The notes under the pieces: generated by a model | Databases searched by the model: none | What the model saw: only the letters and a program-made list of their open reading frames with translations | Told to the model about the DNA's origin: nothing | Shown: in pieces, positions 32,001-47,000 of the stretch | How positions within the stretch are numbered: the first letter of the stretch is position 1 | Layout: every line of letters begins with the position of its first letter | NCBI GenBank assembly: GCA_043812955.1 | Contig: JBDRLN010000018.1 | Location: 13,849 to 77,848 of the forward strand | Direction of reading: 5' to 3' | Length of the DNA: 64,000 bases | From: Candidatus Omnitrophota bacterium | GTDB taxonomy: Bacteria; Omnitrophota; Gorgyraeia; Gygaellales; Profunditerraquicolaceae | Program-made: the position numbers and the translations under genes

Positions 32001-35000
32001 ATTTAAAATCTCTTCCCCAAACCTTTATACTCCGCAAAATTGTTTTAGGTTTTATGCAAACTAAATTTGCAAATCCTACTCCTTCCGGTTTCAGCCTCCT
32101 TTTAAGAACATTGTAAACTTCCACTCTATCTTTGAAATATTGGCCAACATTATACCCAACCACAAAGATATCAAATAGGCCGGCCCCCAGAAATAATTGG
32201 CCCTCGTTCAAATCCCGCAAAATAAAATTATTCCTAAGGTGTTGAGAGTATCTTTCCGCCCTATCTAGGTCTATTTTCACTCCTAACCTTTGCATAAATC
32301 GGCCGGCTATACTATTTGCGTCTATTTCAACGAGATCATGCTTCGCTAAGGAGTAAAAACTTATCCCCTCTATATTTATTCTTTCTTTTACTTCCAGCAA
32401 AAACATTAATTCAAAAAGTTCATAACCCCTGCCCGGGCCGACCCATAAAATACTGATTTCGGGATTTCTTTTCATACTTTTTTTAATTCTGCTTAAAATT
32501 GACTTATAGAGATGTCCGTCGAATGCTTGGTTAATCTCCCTGAAAAAGTGGCTAATATAACCTTCAGGATAGTTAATCATCGGCGAGGCGGCGGTATTGT
32601 TCCTTATGGCCGAATTGCGACCGGAATGAATCGTTTGATTGATGGATTCATTTTTTGACTCAATGCCAGACAATGGGCTAGATACAGCGTCTACATCTTC
32701 TTTTTTGCTTAAATTTGAAGATATCGATGAAGTAAAGATAAGCCTGTCCACCCAGAAAAAAATCGCCGCGCCGATTAAATTAGCTATGACCGTCGCAAAT
32801 AAGCTGACGCCTAACCACCAGACAACCAACCACAAAACAGGGGTACTCAACTGCCAACGGATAAGATAAAGAATAAACCTTTTTATTGATAGCCCGCTGT
32901 TCGTTTTTTCTGCCGGATTGCTGGATTCTTTCTCTACAGGCGAGGCGGCGGCATATATGTTATTGATTATAAAACTGGCTGAATAAACGGCAGGGTTTAA
33001 AAACGCAGCTTTAAAAATTAGCAGCGGCTTTGGACCTGCCCTGATAGGACAGCTATCCATCAGCGGACTTGAACCGGAGTTTTCCGTAGAATTATCGGTT
33101 AATGTAATAGCCTGGGCCAAGCTCTTGCCTTCCCAAAGTAACCTGGCTACAAAATATTTGGAAGGTACATCGTATGGAAAATAATAATCCAGCGCTCCAT
33201 ACAGCATCTTTCCGTATTTATAAGTCCAAACCGGTTCTCTTGATAGGTTATCCCATAAACTCACCCTGCTCGCATCCAGTAAATATTTCTGCAATATCCC
33301 TACCGGGACAGCGCTGGCGATCAATTCACCTTCTGAGATATATTTACCTTCGGTTTCGGAAGATTTAATCATCTGAGATAATAACCTTTTTTCTTCTAAG
33401 CGTATAAGATTTATTAAATTCGGCAATCCTTCCCGATGAGCCTTTCTCAATTTTCCTGGCCATAACGCGTGAATAAATTCATGGGCAACAGTTAGTTCGG
33501 AATTTAACTCTACTAAATCTTTTGACCAAAGTTTTCTCCGTTTAACCAATATAGTCCAATTGCCAAGCACGGACTTATAAGCTGTCCCTAAACCCGGACA
33601 ATAACCTCTACCTCGACAAAAATCATGTAGCCGATATTTTACATGCATATAAAAATACAAAATAATCGTAGAAATAGCGATGCTGATTAGGATAGAACTA
33701 AATTCGTTGTCCGGGATTAACCCAAAAGGCTTAATTATAAATTCAGCATATGCCCAGAAAACCGTAAAAGCAGGCAACCCCAACAATAAAAACCCGGCTA
33801 AAAAAATAACCGACTCGCCGATAAAACCTACCATGTTTAACCATGAAGTACGCGGCGTATACGGTCTAACCGTAATTGCCGAAATAAATTTTTTAATTTC
33901 CTCGGTTGGTATCTCCGGATATAGGCGCGCTGCTATCTCTTCCATTTTTTTGCGAGCAGATTTAGCGTATTTTTTTGAAAAAGATTCTAAACCAATCGCC
34001 TTCTCAATAAATGAATCGATCTTCCGCGTCCATAGCGGCGCAACTCCAAAAACTCTATTTGTTACCGGCGAGCTGGAACAGCCTTCAGCTTCGGATATTT
34101 TCTTCTGGCTTAGGCTGGCCAAATCGGCTATAAGCCGATCGAGTTCTTTTTTAAAAGCTTTTCCTGACTCCTGACTCCAGAAATAATTAAATACCTGGAC
34201 TCTGGATAAACCATTTAGAATATCGCAAAGCATAACTGGATCTATTTTCATTAATGGCTTAAGCCGGCAACAAAGATAGAGGTTAATATCGCTAATACTC
34301 AAATTATGAGCGCCTAACCACATCTCGCTATCCCGGATTAACAAACCTATCTCATGCTCTATCCTCGCTCGCCTATCAACTATTTCAATAGCCCTTAAGA
34401 AAATATATAATTTCTTAAAATATTCCCCCAATTTTAGCTGTAAAGCATTCTTTTGTTCTGCGCTGACGGTTTTCTCGCTACTTTTGATATATTGTATGCG
34501 CAGACGAACATTATTAATTAATTCAACCAATATCTCGCCGGGATTATAAATCTTTTCCTGAAAACCAAACTGGGGATGATTTAAAAACTCTTTTAAATCA
34601 CTGGGATAATTTCTGGCCCCAAGGCGTAAATTACTAGATCTTGCTATAACTAAAGCTTTCTGAATAACTCTGTTGTTATCCGCTGAATCTACCATTGTCA
34701 TAACAGAATTTAAAATACCGCTAATACTTACATCGCTACTCCCTTGAAAAATTTCACTCAGTAGCATTTTTTGTTTTTCCCAATCAGCGCCTATTCTGTT
34801 AAATGCCTCTTCAATTAAACGATTAGACAACAAGCTATTACTCTTAGCAGCCGGTGAGCTGGCAGAAACCATGCTTACTCCGATAATTACATCGAATTTC
34901 GCCCCGCTTAACTGTCTTATTTTGGCGTTGATTATTCTATCCATATACCGGTAGTTCTCGGGTAAAAACCTTATCCCATACTTTTTCTCTTCTTCTCTCG

Positions 35001-38000
35001 CAAATGCCAAGGTGGTATCGCTACGGAGAAAATTTTTCATCTGGGCTAAGGGGAACTTCGCAGAGAATCCCTTATTTTCAGTAAAAATAAATTTTGGAAC
35101 TCTGCGCTGCCTAATTCCGGAGCCGTTAAAAATGAAGGCTTTGATTGTCTTTACCACATAACCGTCATCTGCTTCTCCAAAATATACGATATTCCTTATA
35201 TTACTGAATCTGGGTTCGGTAAGCACCTGAAGGTGGGGCCTGCGCAATTTCGAAGTTCCGATTACCTGTTGATATAGCTTACGCAGGGTAAGATGGAATT
35301 TAAATTCAAAAACAGTATTATCGCTGATCGCGTCAAATTCCTTGCCCGCCCCCCTCTTATCATAAAAAATCGGGTTAACTGATTGCACAATGCCCAAACT
35401 TATACCTTCTAAAGTAGTCCCTCTTTTGATGATTGCCTCATAAAGCCCGGATATTTCTCCGGCTAGACCCAGGACCTGTCCATTGCCGCTTTCTCCCTTA
35501 TAAACCCCTTCTGCCATTTTAGTAATGGCATTATTAACAGCCGCTTGGACGACAGATTCATTTTTACCCTTATAAACAAACAGCTTCTGCATCTTAAGCC
35601 ATAATCTGTTAAAAGAGAAATCTCTAGCGGCAAAAGCACTGATTACCAGAAGGCATTCTTTTAATTCTTCCGGCAAGGAAGAAGTTTTTATCTGTGTAAT
35701 ATTTTCAAGAAGGCTTTCAAGCGGCGAGGCGGCCGGCGAGCTGACGCCCTCATGGTATAGCCACAACAAATCACTAATTATCTCAGCCTGCCATTCAGGG
35801 ATTAGCTTAAGAAATGACGCATGTGTTACAATTTCATCTGGGGAATTAATTTTTGCTATGCTGTTATCGGAGAGTTTGAGGTTCGTGGTAATATTTAATA
35901 CCAGCTCCGGAGGGGCGCGGGCTTCTTGAGCCAGGCATACTGCCAGCTTCTGCAAACCAGCTCGCGACCCCAGAGCAATCCTACCTTCAGCTAAAATCAC
36001 GCTATATTTACCATTATTCAATTTAAACTTAATCTTAGCAAACAATTCCTTGCCGTATTCCGTTTCTGCCTCCTGCTGATCCTGCGCAGATACATCCAAA
36101 TACGATCTGATCGGCGAATTTACGCCGTAGACGTATCCGCTTCCGGCGGTGAACTGTGCCGCCGGCGAGGCGGCGCCTTGGCGCAAATCAATAAATTCAA
36201 ACCCCTTAGAACTAGCAATATTGGGTAATCTCCAGGGTGTGTTATTATCAAATGGGGCTTGCGGGTTTACGGCTAAATCTAATACCATATCGAACTCGGT
36301 TTTAATCGTACTCCTCACTAAGCCCAGCTTGCTCCAAAAGTCAAACTGACATGGCAGAGCCTTTAAAACAATAAACTTTTGGAGATTTAGACTATGCGCT
36401 TCCTCTATAATTAATGAGCCTATTGCCGAAAAAAGCCCTTTTTCCTGAAATGACGGACTAATATTGATATCCGCACGCCGGTTATCAATAACCATAGCAG
36501 CTTCTCTTTTATCCACGCGGTAATGACAGTAGCCGCAGAAAGGTCGTTCTGTTTCTATAAATTTATATCCTTCTCCCTGATAAAGTTTATCTTGATTAAT
36601 CCTATGTAAATCAATACTGATTAATGCTTCGCTGGGTATTTCCTTTTGCCTTAATGTAAAAAGCTCTTCTTTAATTAAGACAACCAACTGCAACACGCCG
36701 AATTGTTCTTTTTCTAATAACTCAGCGTTATCTAAACTAATTTTAACTGGCGAGCTGGAACCCCTGGAGCCCGATACCGGCAAAGCAGCAGATGATCCGG
36801 CTAGATAGACGGATTCAAAATCCGACTTTCTTTTGCCGCTAGAATTAGTAAACAAGGCTTTGGTGATTGATTCTAAACTAAGGCCGCGGCCATAAAGACA
36901 GTAGCCCACTCCTTTTTCCAACCTCTCTTCTTTAATACCGAAATGCCGGAATAAACCCGGCTGCTGCAGATAAACATAATATTCATTTACTGAACGCTCT
37001 AAAGCTCTTCTTAACATACAATAAATAAGAAAAGAGCCCAATCCTTCATTCCAATAATCTTCTTTTATCTTTAAATAACTTTCTCGCTCGTGCCCCATTT
37101 TGAGCTCATTTATAAGAATATAAAATAAGATATTTCCTACTCGCGATTCTTTAAAATCAGGCACGTCAACTTTTAGAATTAAATAATGAAATTGTTCACC
37201 TTGGCTTAAATTGATAAAGGTGCGCTTTTCTCTTACTATAAACATCCCTTTCCTGTTTTTTATGCCTCCAATTAGCCTGCCGTCTATCGCCTTAAGCGTG
37301 ATCTGCCTTAGCGCATACTCAAGGCCGTTTCTTTCAACGCCTGAATTGCCCGCCGGCGAGCTGGAAATTGTATTAAATTCTTGGGGACTAAATAGAATCT
37401 TTACGTCCGCGCCCCGATACAAACAGATCCCTTCTCTCCTTCTTATCGTCCGTCTGTTTAACTCTAAACCATACTGTTTCTTATAAATATCTTCCGCTAA
37501 ATCAGCAACTAAATAAGGGTTCCCGGGAAGGAAGTAGTAATCTGGGCCGAATTCTACTAAGATATCGATCATATCTATAAACAGCCTATTTAAACCCGCG
37601 CTATTTACGGCTTTTCTCAAAATAAAAAACTGGGCATAGGCATATTTATGAAAACCTGCGTCATAGATTGTGTTTGAACTTATAAACTTAAACGCTGATT
37701 TAAAAATACAATATGTGAATTCATTTCTTTGCTCCTGTCTAATCTTTAGTTGATTTAGTAGGACAGCCGCTGTAAATTCTGCAACAAATTCCTGTAATCC
37801 GGCAAAGGCTCTATATTTTGAATCAACGGAAAGCGGATTAGAATTATCCTTTAATTTTACAATAAACGATTGATTAGGGAAAAGAGCGTAAAGCCAATTA
37901 TGGCCTATTTCATGCGCGATTATTCTTAGGATTCCTTCAATACCATGGCTCAAATAATAGCCCTTAAGCCTGGCATAGTCATATTTAAAATTCGCGTTGG

Positions 38001-41000
38001 CTGTTCCACGATAAGAACCTATATCTAAATTCTGTATAATCTTTTGCGTAATACGCCTAACTATCGCGGGCGTAAATAAGGTATCTAATGACAATAACTG
38101 TACCGAAAGCGCAATATTCCACCCCAATAACTCTTCTTGAATCATTTTTAGCGTATTGTATTTAAAATACCGGTCTATCTTTTCTCGATACTCCATAGAT
38201 ACAAGTTTCTCGTTCAAATCACTCCTTACCAGATCGATTGAACGCCGTAGCAAAAAATTGATCCGCGAATTAATTAATAGGATTAGTTGATGGGTTCCAA
38301 CTGGCCATTTACCAGTTGCCGGCGAGCTGGCCTGCGGCGCCAGCGGCGAAGAAACAAATTCAAATTCTGATGGGTTTCTTTGGACCTTGATTCTTACACC
38401 AAGATGATCCGAGGCCAAGAAGATTCCTCCTTCATTTTTTATAACTTTTAATCCCTCAAATAGTTTCTTTAAACGTTCCTGATTCACTTCATCTGTTTTA
38501 AATAAAGAACGATACTGGGATATATACTCGTTAAAGGTGGGTTTAATGGTAACCGTATCAACAAAATCTCCATTCTCTGCCCAACGAAACACCCTAAAAA
38601 CAAGATTATAAATATACCAAAGAAACATTATCTCTGGATTTATCGCTGCTAACTCATCATCTATGACTTTATAACTACTCTTAAGCCTCCCATCGGGAAA
38701 TTTTATTATCATTTTATTAACATACCCTACAAATTTGCTTACCCTCCATTCAGACACCGGCGGGCTTGAGTCGAGAACCTCATTTTTTTCTATTTCTACA
38801 AATATTTCCGGGTATAGTTTCTTTAACCATGGCGTAATTTGTACGTCATTTTCTTTATAGATCACCTTAAATCTCTCTCCCAATTCTTCCGTAAATGGCA
38901 ATTGCATGCGGCCATCCGCCAAAGAATGGCCCCTAAGTATGAGCTTAAGCGCTGCGTCAGTAAGTTTAAGGCTAACTTTCGGATTTTCATTTTTATAATA
39001 TAGACTTAAAAGATACCAAACTTCACCGATATATATCGGAATATTTAAAGATTCATGATAAGACATATCTGGCTCTCTTTTTATTACCTCATCCGCGCAA
39101 TAGTTAAACATATCCACAATTAAATCTTCCGGCAGCTGACATAGTATAACGAAAAGTTCTTTATGTACGCTTTCACTTTCTAAAAATAGATAATATATAT
39201 TACTAGGATCAATATAATAATAAGCTTTCATGACTTCCCTTACCCACCTTGCCGTACTTTCATAGTCACCCCCTATCTTAAGATTGCGTAGTTTATCCTC
39301 TATTTCTTGAATAGATATTCCTTTGGGTGGAAAAAGATACCGTCCCTCCTTTAAAACGCTCATATCAGGCGTTCCCCATTTCCATTCCCGCTGCCGCCAA
39401 TAGGGATGCATATTAGTCTCAACCGGCGAGGCGGCGGTTTCACTCCTGACCCTGCTTTCATCCGCCGGCGAGCTGGCATAAAGCGTAGATGCCGGTATTA
39501 TTTTTCCGTCTACGGTTGCATCATTACCGCTAACCAATAAAGCAGAATAATCTCTCCGCAGAGAACCAGTAATGGCTCTGTGAAGATGTGCCGGCAAAGG
39601 CACCTCTTCACCCTGTTCTATCAAAACATTCGTAAAAAATATGGCTTCTGCTCTGTGTTGCGTTAACATGCCACTCTGCGCCGGATCTAAGAGATCGATA
39701 TATTTCGGCTCTACCAACGCGCGGATGTTGTTTTTCAAACGACAATAACGCGTGTCGTCCTTTACGATTTCGAAAAAGATATCAAAGTTTTCTTGTGTTA
39801 TACACTCGCAGACATAGGCAAGCTTATAAATACCCATTTTTACCGCGTATAAAAGCGGTATATTTTTATCCCAAGCCTCTATTCCTATGCTCCATGGTAA
39901 AGAAATAGCAAGGTTATCTTTCGCACGCAAACCTCCCCGTTTACCATAGAGGGCCATCAGGATAGAGTACGGCTGGTCTCCGCGCGAACAACCCAGGGAT
40001 TTTATGGTGAGGTGAAAATCTTTTTTCTTTTGTTTTTCTGGTACGAGCATATTGAGAAAGTTATCTAGATTCCATCGGTCAACGAATCTAAACAATGTCG
40101 ACATTTTCTCAGCTTCATTCAAGGGCACAAAACCGTTAAAAATCGCTCTGGTAATATAGCGGCGCTCTGTAGCATGGTCAGCCCCTGTTTTTTCGAGTAC
40201 CTCCAGATACCCGGTCAAATCGGTCTTCCAAGAACGGGCGCGCGATGCAATAAAATCCTGACATACCTCTGCCAGAAAGACTGGCAGCTCGACAGTAGCA
40301 AGACGGAAACTAAACACGGGTATTGTTTGATTTATGAACTGAGACAGATAATGCAAATCTTCGCCATTAAGAATAAAACGGATAACTTCCTCTGTTTTTT
40401 TATCCGCCGGCGAGCTCCCGCCACAAGGCGTGTCGCCTGCCTGCCGATCAGGCAGGGATCCGCCACGTATTGTGGCGGAGGACTGATCCACCGGTGAGGC
40501 GGCGATCTTAGTTAATTTATACACAAAGATACCGCCAAACGGAGCACTTAAGACGTGGAAACAATCTAAAACAGAATGCCTAAATTTACCTTTAAGTTCT
40601 TTGGCTAACCGCAAAGCAGGCGGATACTGTGAACGTAAATCCGGATAAGGTATTATAATTGTGCCATTTTTCTTAAGGAAGCCGGGAGACTCGGTAATGA
40701 AACGTGAGGTTAACCTGAATTTAGGATCGTGCGTAGCAAGATGTTCCGGTTTCTCAATAGGCATATCTACGAAAGGCGGATCAAATATTATGTAATCAAA
40801 TTTTCTGTCATTAGGAATGTTAGAAAAAAGATCGCTTACGATAGCTTCTGCCTTGTCTTCCAAGCCGGTAATTCTAAAATTCAGGTTAGCATTATCTACT
40901 TGCTCTTTGAATGCGTCAACCGCTAAAACAGAACCGCCCTTCAAGGCGGCTATTATAGCTTGAATGCCGGAGCCTGTGCCCATATCCAAAACTTCCTTAT

Positions 41001-44000
41001 TCCTGAAATCCGCCTTATTGAACAGCGCGTTTGCTAATATTGCGGTAATTAACATATCAGGTGGGTATGTTCCCGGAAAACTAACGATTACCGGAACCGG
41101 TTGGTCCGGGAAATACCTTTTGATCCCAAAAACGATTGTGTTTAACTTGAATTGGCGCTTAGTTACTGAAACTACATCCTCTGATTGGCCGGCCGGCGAG
41201 CTGGAGTGTTTCTTTTTTAGGATCTTTTGTTCAAAATATTCTTCTATTATTAATGCCGGGTCGACCGGCAAACTGGATAATTTACTAGGGTTGTCCGCCC
41301 GCAAAACGGCGTCCTGATTAATATCTATCGATACATAAGAATCAGTGTGACTTTTTGATTCACGTAGAATTCCTACTAAACACTTAACAATAACGGTTGG
41401 AATGGCAAAAATTAAATAGAAGGAAAGATAGAACTGCCAGGTAAAATAAGGTTCGGCTGCCACAAGATATAAATCTAGAATAAAAGCCGTAAGCCAGGGG
41501 ATAATGATCAACTCTGAACTCGTAGACCAGTACGTAGAAATAAATTTTAAAACAATAGGATTAATCTTTTCTTTAGAAAAAGATATTTGGATTTCTCCTT
41601 TGAAGAACAACGTCAGAAATGTTTTTAAAGAGATTGATTCCCAAATTATTTCTTGCGGCAATAATTTCTTAAGAGTAAAGGGGATGTGCAAGATTCTCCA
41701 AAGGTTAAAAGTTATCCAAGTTGAAATAAAAAGTGAGCCAAACATTCCATATGTCAATATGAGCGGGCTTTTAAAATTCCAGCCATTAAACCAAAATAGA
41801 AATATTAGATTCGCACTTCCAACAAAACCGCCTACTTCAATCAAAGAAGGCACCATGATCTGGCCTATAAACCACCCTATCTTCGGCAATCCGAATTTCA
41901 TAAATAGTTTTTGAAGGTAGGAATAAAATCGTTGTAAGAACGGCCAGCCAATGAATACTACATTGACTCTTGGTATATTGGAACGGCCAACCGGAGAGCT
42001 GGAGGGGCGCAAATAAATTTCTACCACTGATTTCAATATTTCTATTTGTTTTTGTTCCGGCAATGTAAAAAGGTAGGGATTAATTAAAAAACGTGTTAAG
42101 GAACGGTGGGCTATAATAATATATTCCGGAGGTGCGGTAGCCATATGATAACTAGTCAATATTAAACGATTTTTTAACTTTTCCTTCATGCCGGAGACAG
42201 CGCCGGCATAATTATCGCCATATAATAAATAAATTGATTTGGGTAATCTTAACGGCCCCATTACACTCAGTTTAGAACATTCCTCTTGGACAAATGTATG
42301 GATTATGTCAACCCTAACTCCGAACTTTTGAATTAATCTGCCTGTTATTATATTAATATCAGCAGCATCTACCCTCTTCATCTTTGGCCATAATCTAACA
42401 GATAATAATTCAGTTAACGTTGCCAATTTTATCTTATCATTATTATCTTTGGAAATTTCCGCCGGCGAACTGGAATAAAATAGCTCCCATAAACCTTTTA
42501 TCCGCTCATCTACAGAGACTGCCCGACTTCCGATAAACCAAAGACTGCTCTTTCGGGCATTAGGAAATCTATCATAAACAATACATTTACCTATCCTGAT
42601 AGAATCTCCGATTGCTTTCTTATTTTCTCTAAGCCATCCTGCTAATGAATCGTCATACCTGGATGAATCTTCAGCAAAGATTTCTTTATATGCCCCTGCT
42701 ATTTTGCTAAATTCTTCCTCTAGAATACCAAACCCCCCAGGGTTAGCTGTAATAGGCAACATAAGATAAAATTGCGCGCCGGGCTGATTTTCCCTGTATT
42801 TATGTGCAGCTATACTTTTAATAGCGTTAGCAACGCAGGTAGTTAGGTTACATCCAAATATAATAAAATGTTTCCCGGCAAAGAATTCTTTACGCAGCTC
42901 GAATTCACCTGCCCCAATCCATCCGAAAAATTCGTTTGATATATTGGATTTTTCCTCAATAATACGGTTGTCGTCAACGTTTTGCATGACCTCTAATTTA
43001 TAATTAAACCCGGTAAACAAATCACCAATCTTATCTGCCATCTTATCTGCCCTAGCAATATCCAGTTTGCTTATCAGGCCTTCCGTATGTACTCCTATAA
43101 CCCTATAATCTTGCGGGATAAATAAACGCTTTACCAGCGGCGAGGCGGCAACAGGTGAGCCGGGAAAACCGTTATTTACAGCTTGAGTAATACTATTTAA
43201 AAAATCCCGGTTGATAAACGCATTTTCTTGAACAGGTAACAGCCGGCTCAAAATCATCCTTAATATAGCTGGATGAATATTTTCCTCTTCCAAGGTGGAA
43301 ATAATCCCGTAAACCATCAGACGTTCTCTTAAAGCCATGCCTTTTTTGGTACGTGCAACAAGGCTGACTTGCGTTGCTTCCTGATACCGCCGCATGGCTT
43401 CTAACACCGTAATTGCCCCTAATCCTTTCTGGATTGGGCTCCCAAGCTCAATACATAATAAACGAAGTTTATCTATATCGTAAGAATAGTCGAGCCAGCT
43501 TATCACTTTATTATTTTCTACCTCCATTACTTCTAACCTGCTTATTCCATTTGGCTCAGGCCCGTTATGCGCGGGGTAAAAAACATTTAAAAGTATATTT
43601 TTAGCTAGCTCTGCCGCACCATTATTAAACCGAAACGTGGATCCTTTATAAACATCCTGCCAGAGATGTTTCCACTGGCTGAGTCCACTAGAAAGATACT
43701 CCGCTGGCGAGCTGGACTGGCTTACGCCTCCCCGAGCCATTTTTTCCGCCCAAGCCTTATTGAGCACTCGTTTTATTACAGGTATACCTTCTGCGGGACA
43801 ATAATTCTTAGATTCGGCAGCTATAATACCTTTTATTTTTATACCTCTTGCTTCCAACGCCATAAATAGCTGGCGGGCTTCCTGCAATAAGATATTCTCT
43901 GGAATATCAACTCTTCGCCCAATTATCTGCCCAGTATTGTCAAAATCTATAGCCCAAGTCCCTTTGTGAAGGAAATAATCGGAACAGATACTTACCCAAG

Positions 44001-47000
44001 CTGGTTCATCTATATCGGGCAGTTCACGAAAAAAACTCCTCACTGTAATCACTTTAATCCCTTCAATAAACCGTCTTGGCACTTGCTCTATCTGATAAAC
44101 GGGATGGATCAGAAAATAATCTTTTATCTGTCCCGTAATTTCGCCTTTGGTAACCCAATTACTTTCGGTTCTAAAAAATGGCTTGTTAGCTTTTATAGCT
44201 TCGTGGATTTTATGGTCTCCTCTATCCGCATGAAAATCAAAGATTAAGACAATTTCGTCTTGTCCAAGCATATCCAGTGTTTTATCATGGGTATCAACAA
44301 AGATTATGCCTGAAGAAAACATAACTTCCACCGGCGAGGCTGAACTATTAAGCACCTTAACTTCATATAAGAAAACAGGATGAGAAAAACTTGTATCTGC
44401 GATTTCAACCTTAACTAATTTTGCGATGCCGCTCCGGGAAAGCACTCTTATTGTTTCTTTTTCTGCTGTTCCCAATTTATCGCCTAATATTGCGGCGCAA
44501 AAAGTCTGGCCGGTATATATAAAATCAAAAACATTACTCATAAACGGAATATTCCGGACATCCGCCTGCGCAATAAAAACTCTAGAGCGCTCTTCCCCTG
44601 TAAATTTATTTAACTCCTTGCGCAAATTACGGATATTTTTATCCCAAAATTCAATTACGTATATTTGAACATCGGGAGCGGTTATTTCCAATAAATATTT
44701 TACCTCTCCCAGCGTAGGGCCGGGTCCTATCACACATATACGCTTAACACCCTCCGGAAGATATTTAATCGTTGTTTTAATAAGGCTATGTACAAATGAA
44801 CGCTCAGGAAAGAAATAATCTAAGAGGCTTCTTCTATAATAGTAACGGCCGGCAAGTCCCGGGTAATCCCTTAAATTATTCCTTACCGGATCATTGTATT
44901 TTTTAAAAATCGGCGAGGCCGCGGAATATATGTTATTAATTATAGTGTTGGCCGAAAATACGGAATGGCTTATAAGAAATGTATTTTGCGGATTTTCCAC
45001 ATTAATAACAGGGCTGCTGGTTATTTTCTCTATTTTCAGGTGAGTTGTTACTGCGCCTTTTACACCCCCCTGCATGATCCTTCTTAGAATATTTTCGATG
45101 GCTTTTTTGTCTTCGGGGTATATGATTCTTTCTAGCAGTCTTTCCAGCCAAACAACAGATTCCTTAACGCGTAATAAATATAAGCTATCCACCGCAGAAA
45201 ATACTTCTTCCCTGTTGCGAACAAGGTCGGCTTCCAACATCCGCATTAAACAGCTAACTATCTGTGCTTTTTCTTTATCATTTAGCATATTGTTAAACCA
45301 CTTCCTAAAACTAACCCTTATCTTCTTTTTTGCATCTTTCATTGGTGCCCTATCAAATAAATAAGGTATAGCTATATTTCGAAACAAAAATCTTCTTAAA
45401 TCTTCATCATTCGGAATTTGTAGATCTTTCTTTTCTTTCCGCAGTAAATTCCTTATATTGCTGACATCTTCAACGCTTAATCCCTGGCCGTGCGCCTTAA
45501 AAATTGAAGCCAAAAATAAACTCAACCATGTTTCTTTTTCAAGCCCCTTTCTTCCGATCCCTAAATTGTTTAATCTCTTCAGATAAAGTTCTGGATTAGA
45601 TATTGGAGATTTGGTCTGCGCCAGCGGCGAGCTGCTGAAAACAGGCAGATTGATTTTATACTGCGGCTTGCTTCTTACTTCTTGGCCAACAACAAAAGTA
45701 AACCCGTCAGGAAGGATACTGCCTATTCTGGTAACCAATGTTTCAAAGATAAATTTGTAATGCTTAGAAATATCATCTTCTTTTAATCCTATCTTCTTTC
45801 TTATCGCATCTATTTCTTTAAATGTAATTTTGTCCTTTTTTTCTGAAACAAGCTCAACTGAATGTATTCGCCAATTAACCGTTAGCCGAGCTATGTACTC
45901 TTCGGCTATTATTCCTGACATATTCCTTAATCTTATCTCCATCAGCCATTCTTTATCGAAACCTTCTTTAATCTTCTGTATCTTGCCTTTGTATTTGGGC
46001 GTTAAATCTAAACTCTGAGATAGTGATTTTTGGAAACCGCTGCAATCTTCTTCTGTAGGCTCAATAAAACGTATAAGGCCCTGTTTTTTCAGCTTATCTA
46101 AATGTTCAGTTAAGATAAGTTCGCCATCGGCTAATTTTATAATGATCCCATCTTTTAATAATCGTTTTATTTCTTGGGGAGTTCTTGCTTTACCATTTTT
46201 AGTGGTTATTAATTTCATGGGCTCTTCGCAGGTAAGCGGCCTAAAATTTTCCGGGGTAAAATTTCCCGGATCTGACCATTCGCCAATATGGTATAACAAT
46301 CTATCCTTAAGCCGCATTTCCTTAAAGTCTCTGTGCCCATCTTTTATTTTAGTTAGTTCAGGAGTAAAAAGCGTACCCTGAATTGATTTATAATACTTTG
46401 CAATATTCGGAGTCTGGATGGCCTCTATATTAATAAAGGAATCCAGGGCGTAAACATAATGTTTGGCTTCTTTTAGATCCCAAGTTGATCGAGGAATACT
46501 TAAATTATCGCCGCGGTCAAGCAATTTAATTGCCCTGGCATACTTGGAACTTGAGTGAAATATCCTGCTTATAAACTCCTCTTGAGTTTCACCTTTTCTT
46601 TGAGTGAGAATTAAGACTATATTCAATATAAAATAGGCTTTTCTAAACTGTAAAGTTTTAAAAAGAGCGAAACCAAGTTTAAGTATGAACCAACTTATTC
46701 TTTTTCCTGCATCTCTGTATTCTTCTATGGTATCGTGCAAGAGGATTACAGAAACAAAAACATCCAATTGTAGTTTTAGATTATCAATGTCCTGAAAGAT
46801 TCCTTTATCCTTAACAATTTTTGCAACCATACGTAGGAGGTGCATAAGATATGGCTCGCCAAGCGCCTGCCGAAATCCGGGATGAATCTTCTTGGCTATC
46901 TGATAGGAAACTTCGATAAGGTTAATATTAATCCCGGGAGACATAAGTGCCAGATTATCCTTTAGTGCATTAAATTGCTGATCAAGTTCTTGTTCAGTAT

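Noticed and set aside
29760-37345. Diversity-generating retroelement TR/VR pair for the duplicated GNAT-like module
   Set aside because: The mismatches I inspected are not adenine-specific, the repeat is about 500 bp and no reverse transcriptase is in the window.
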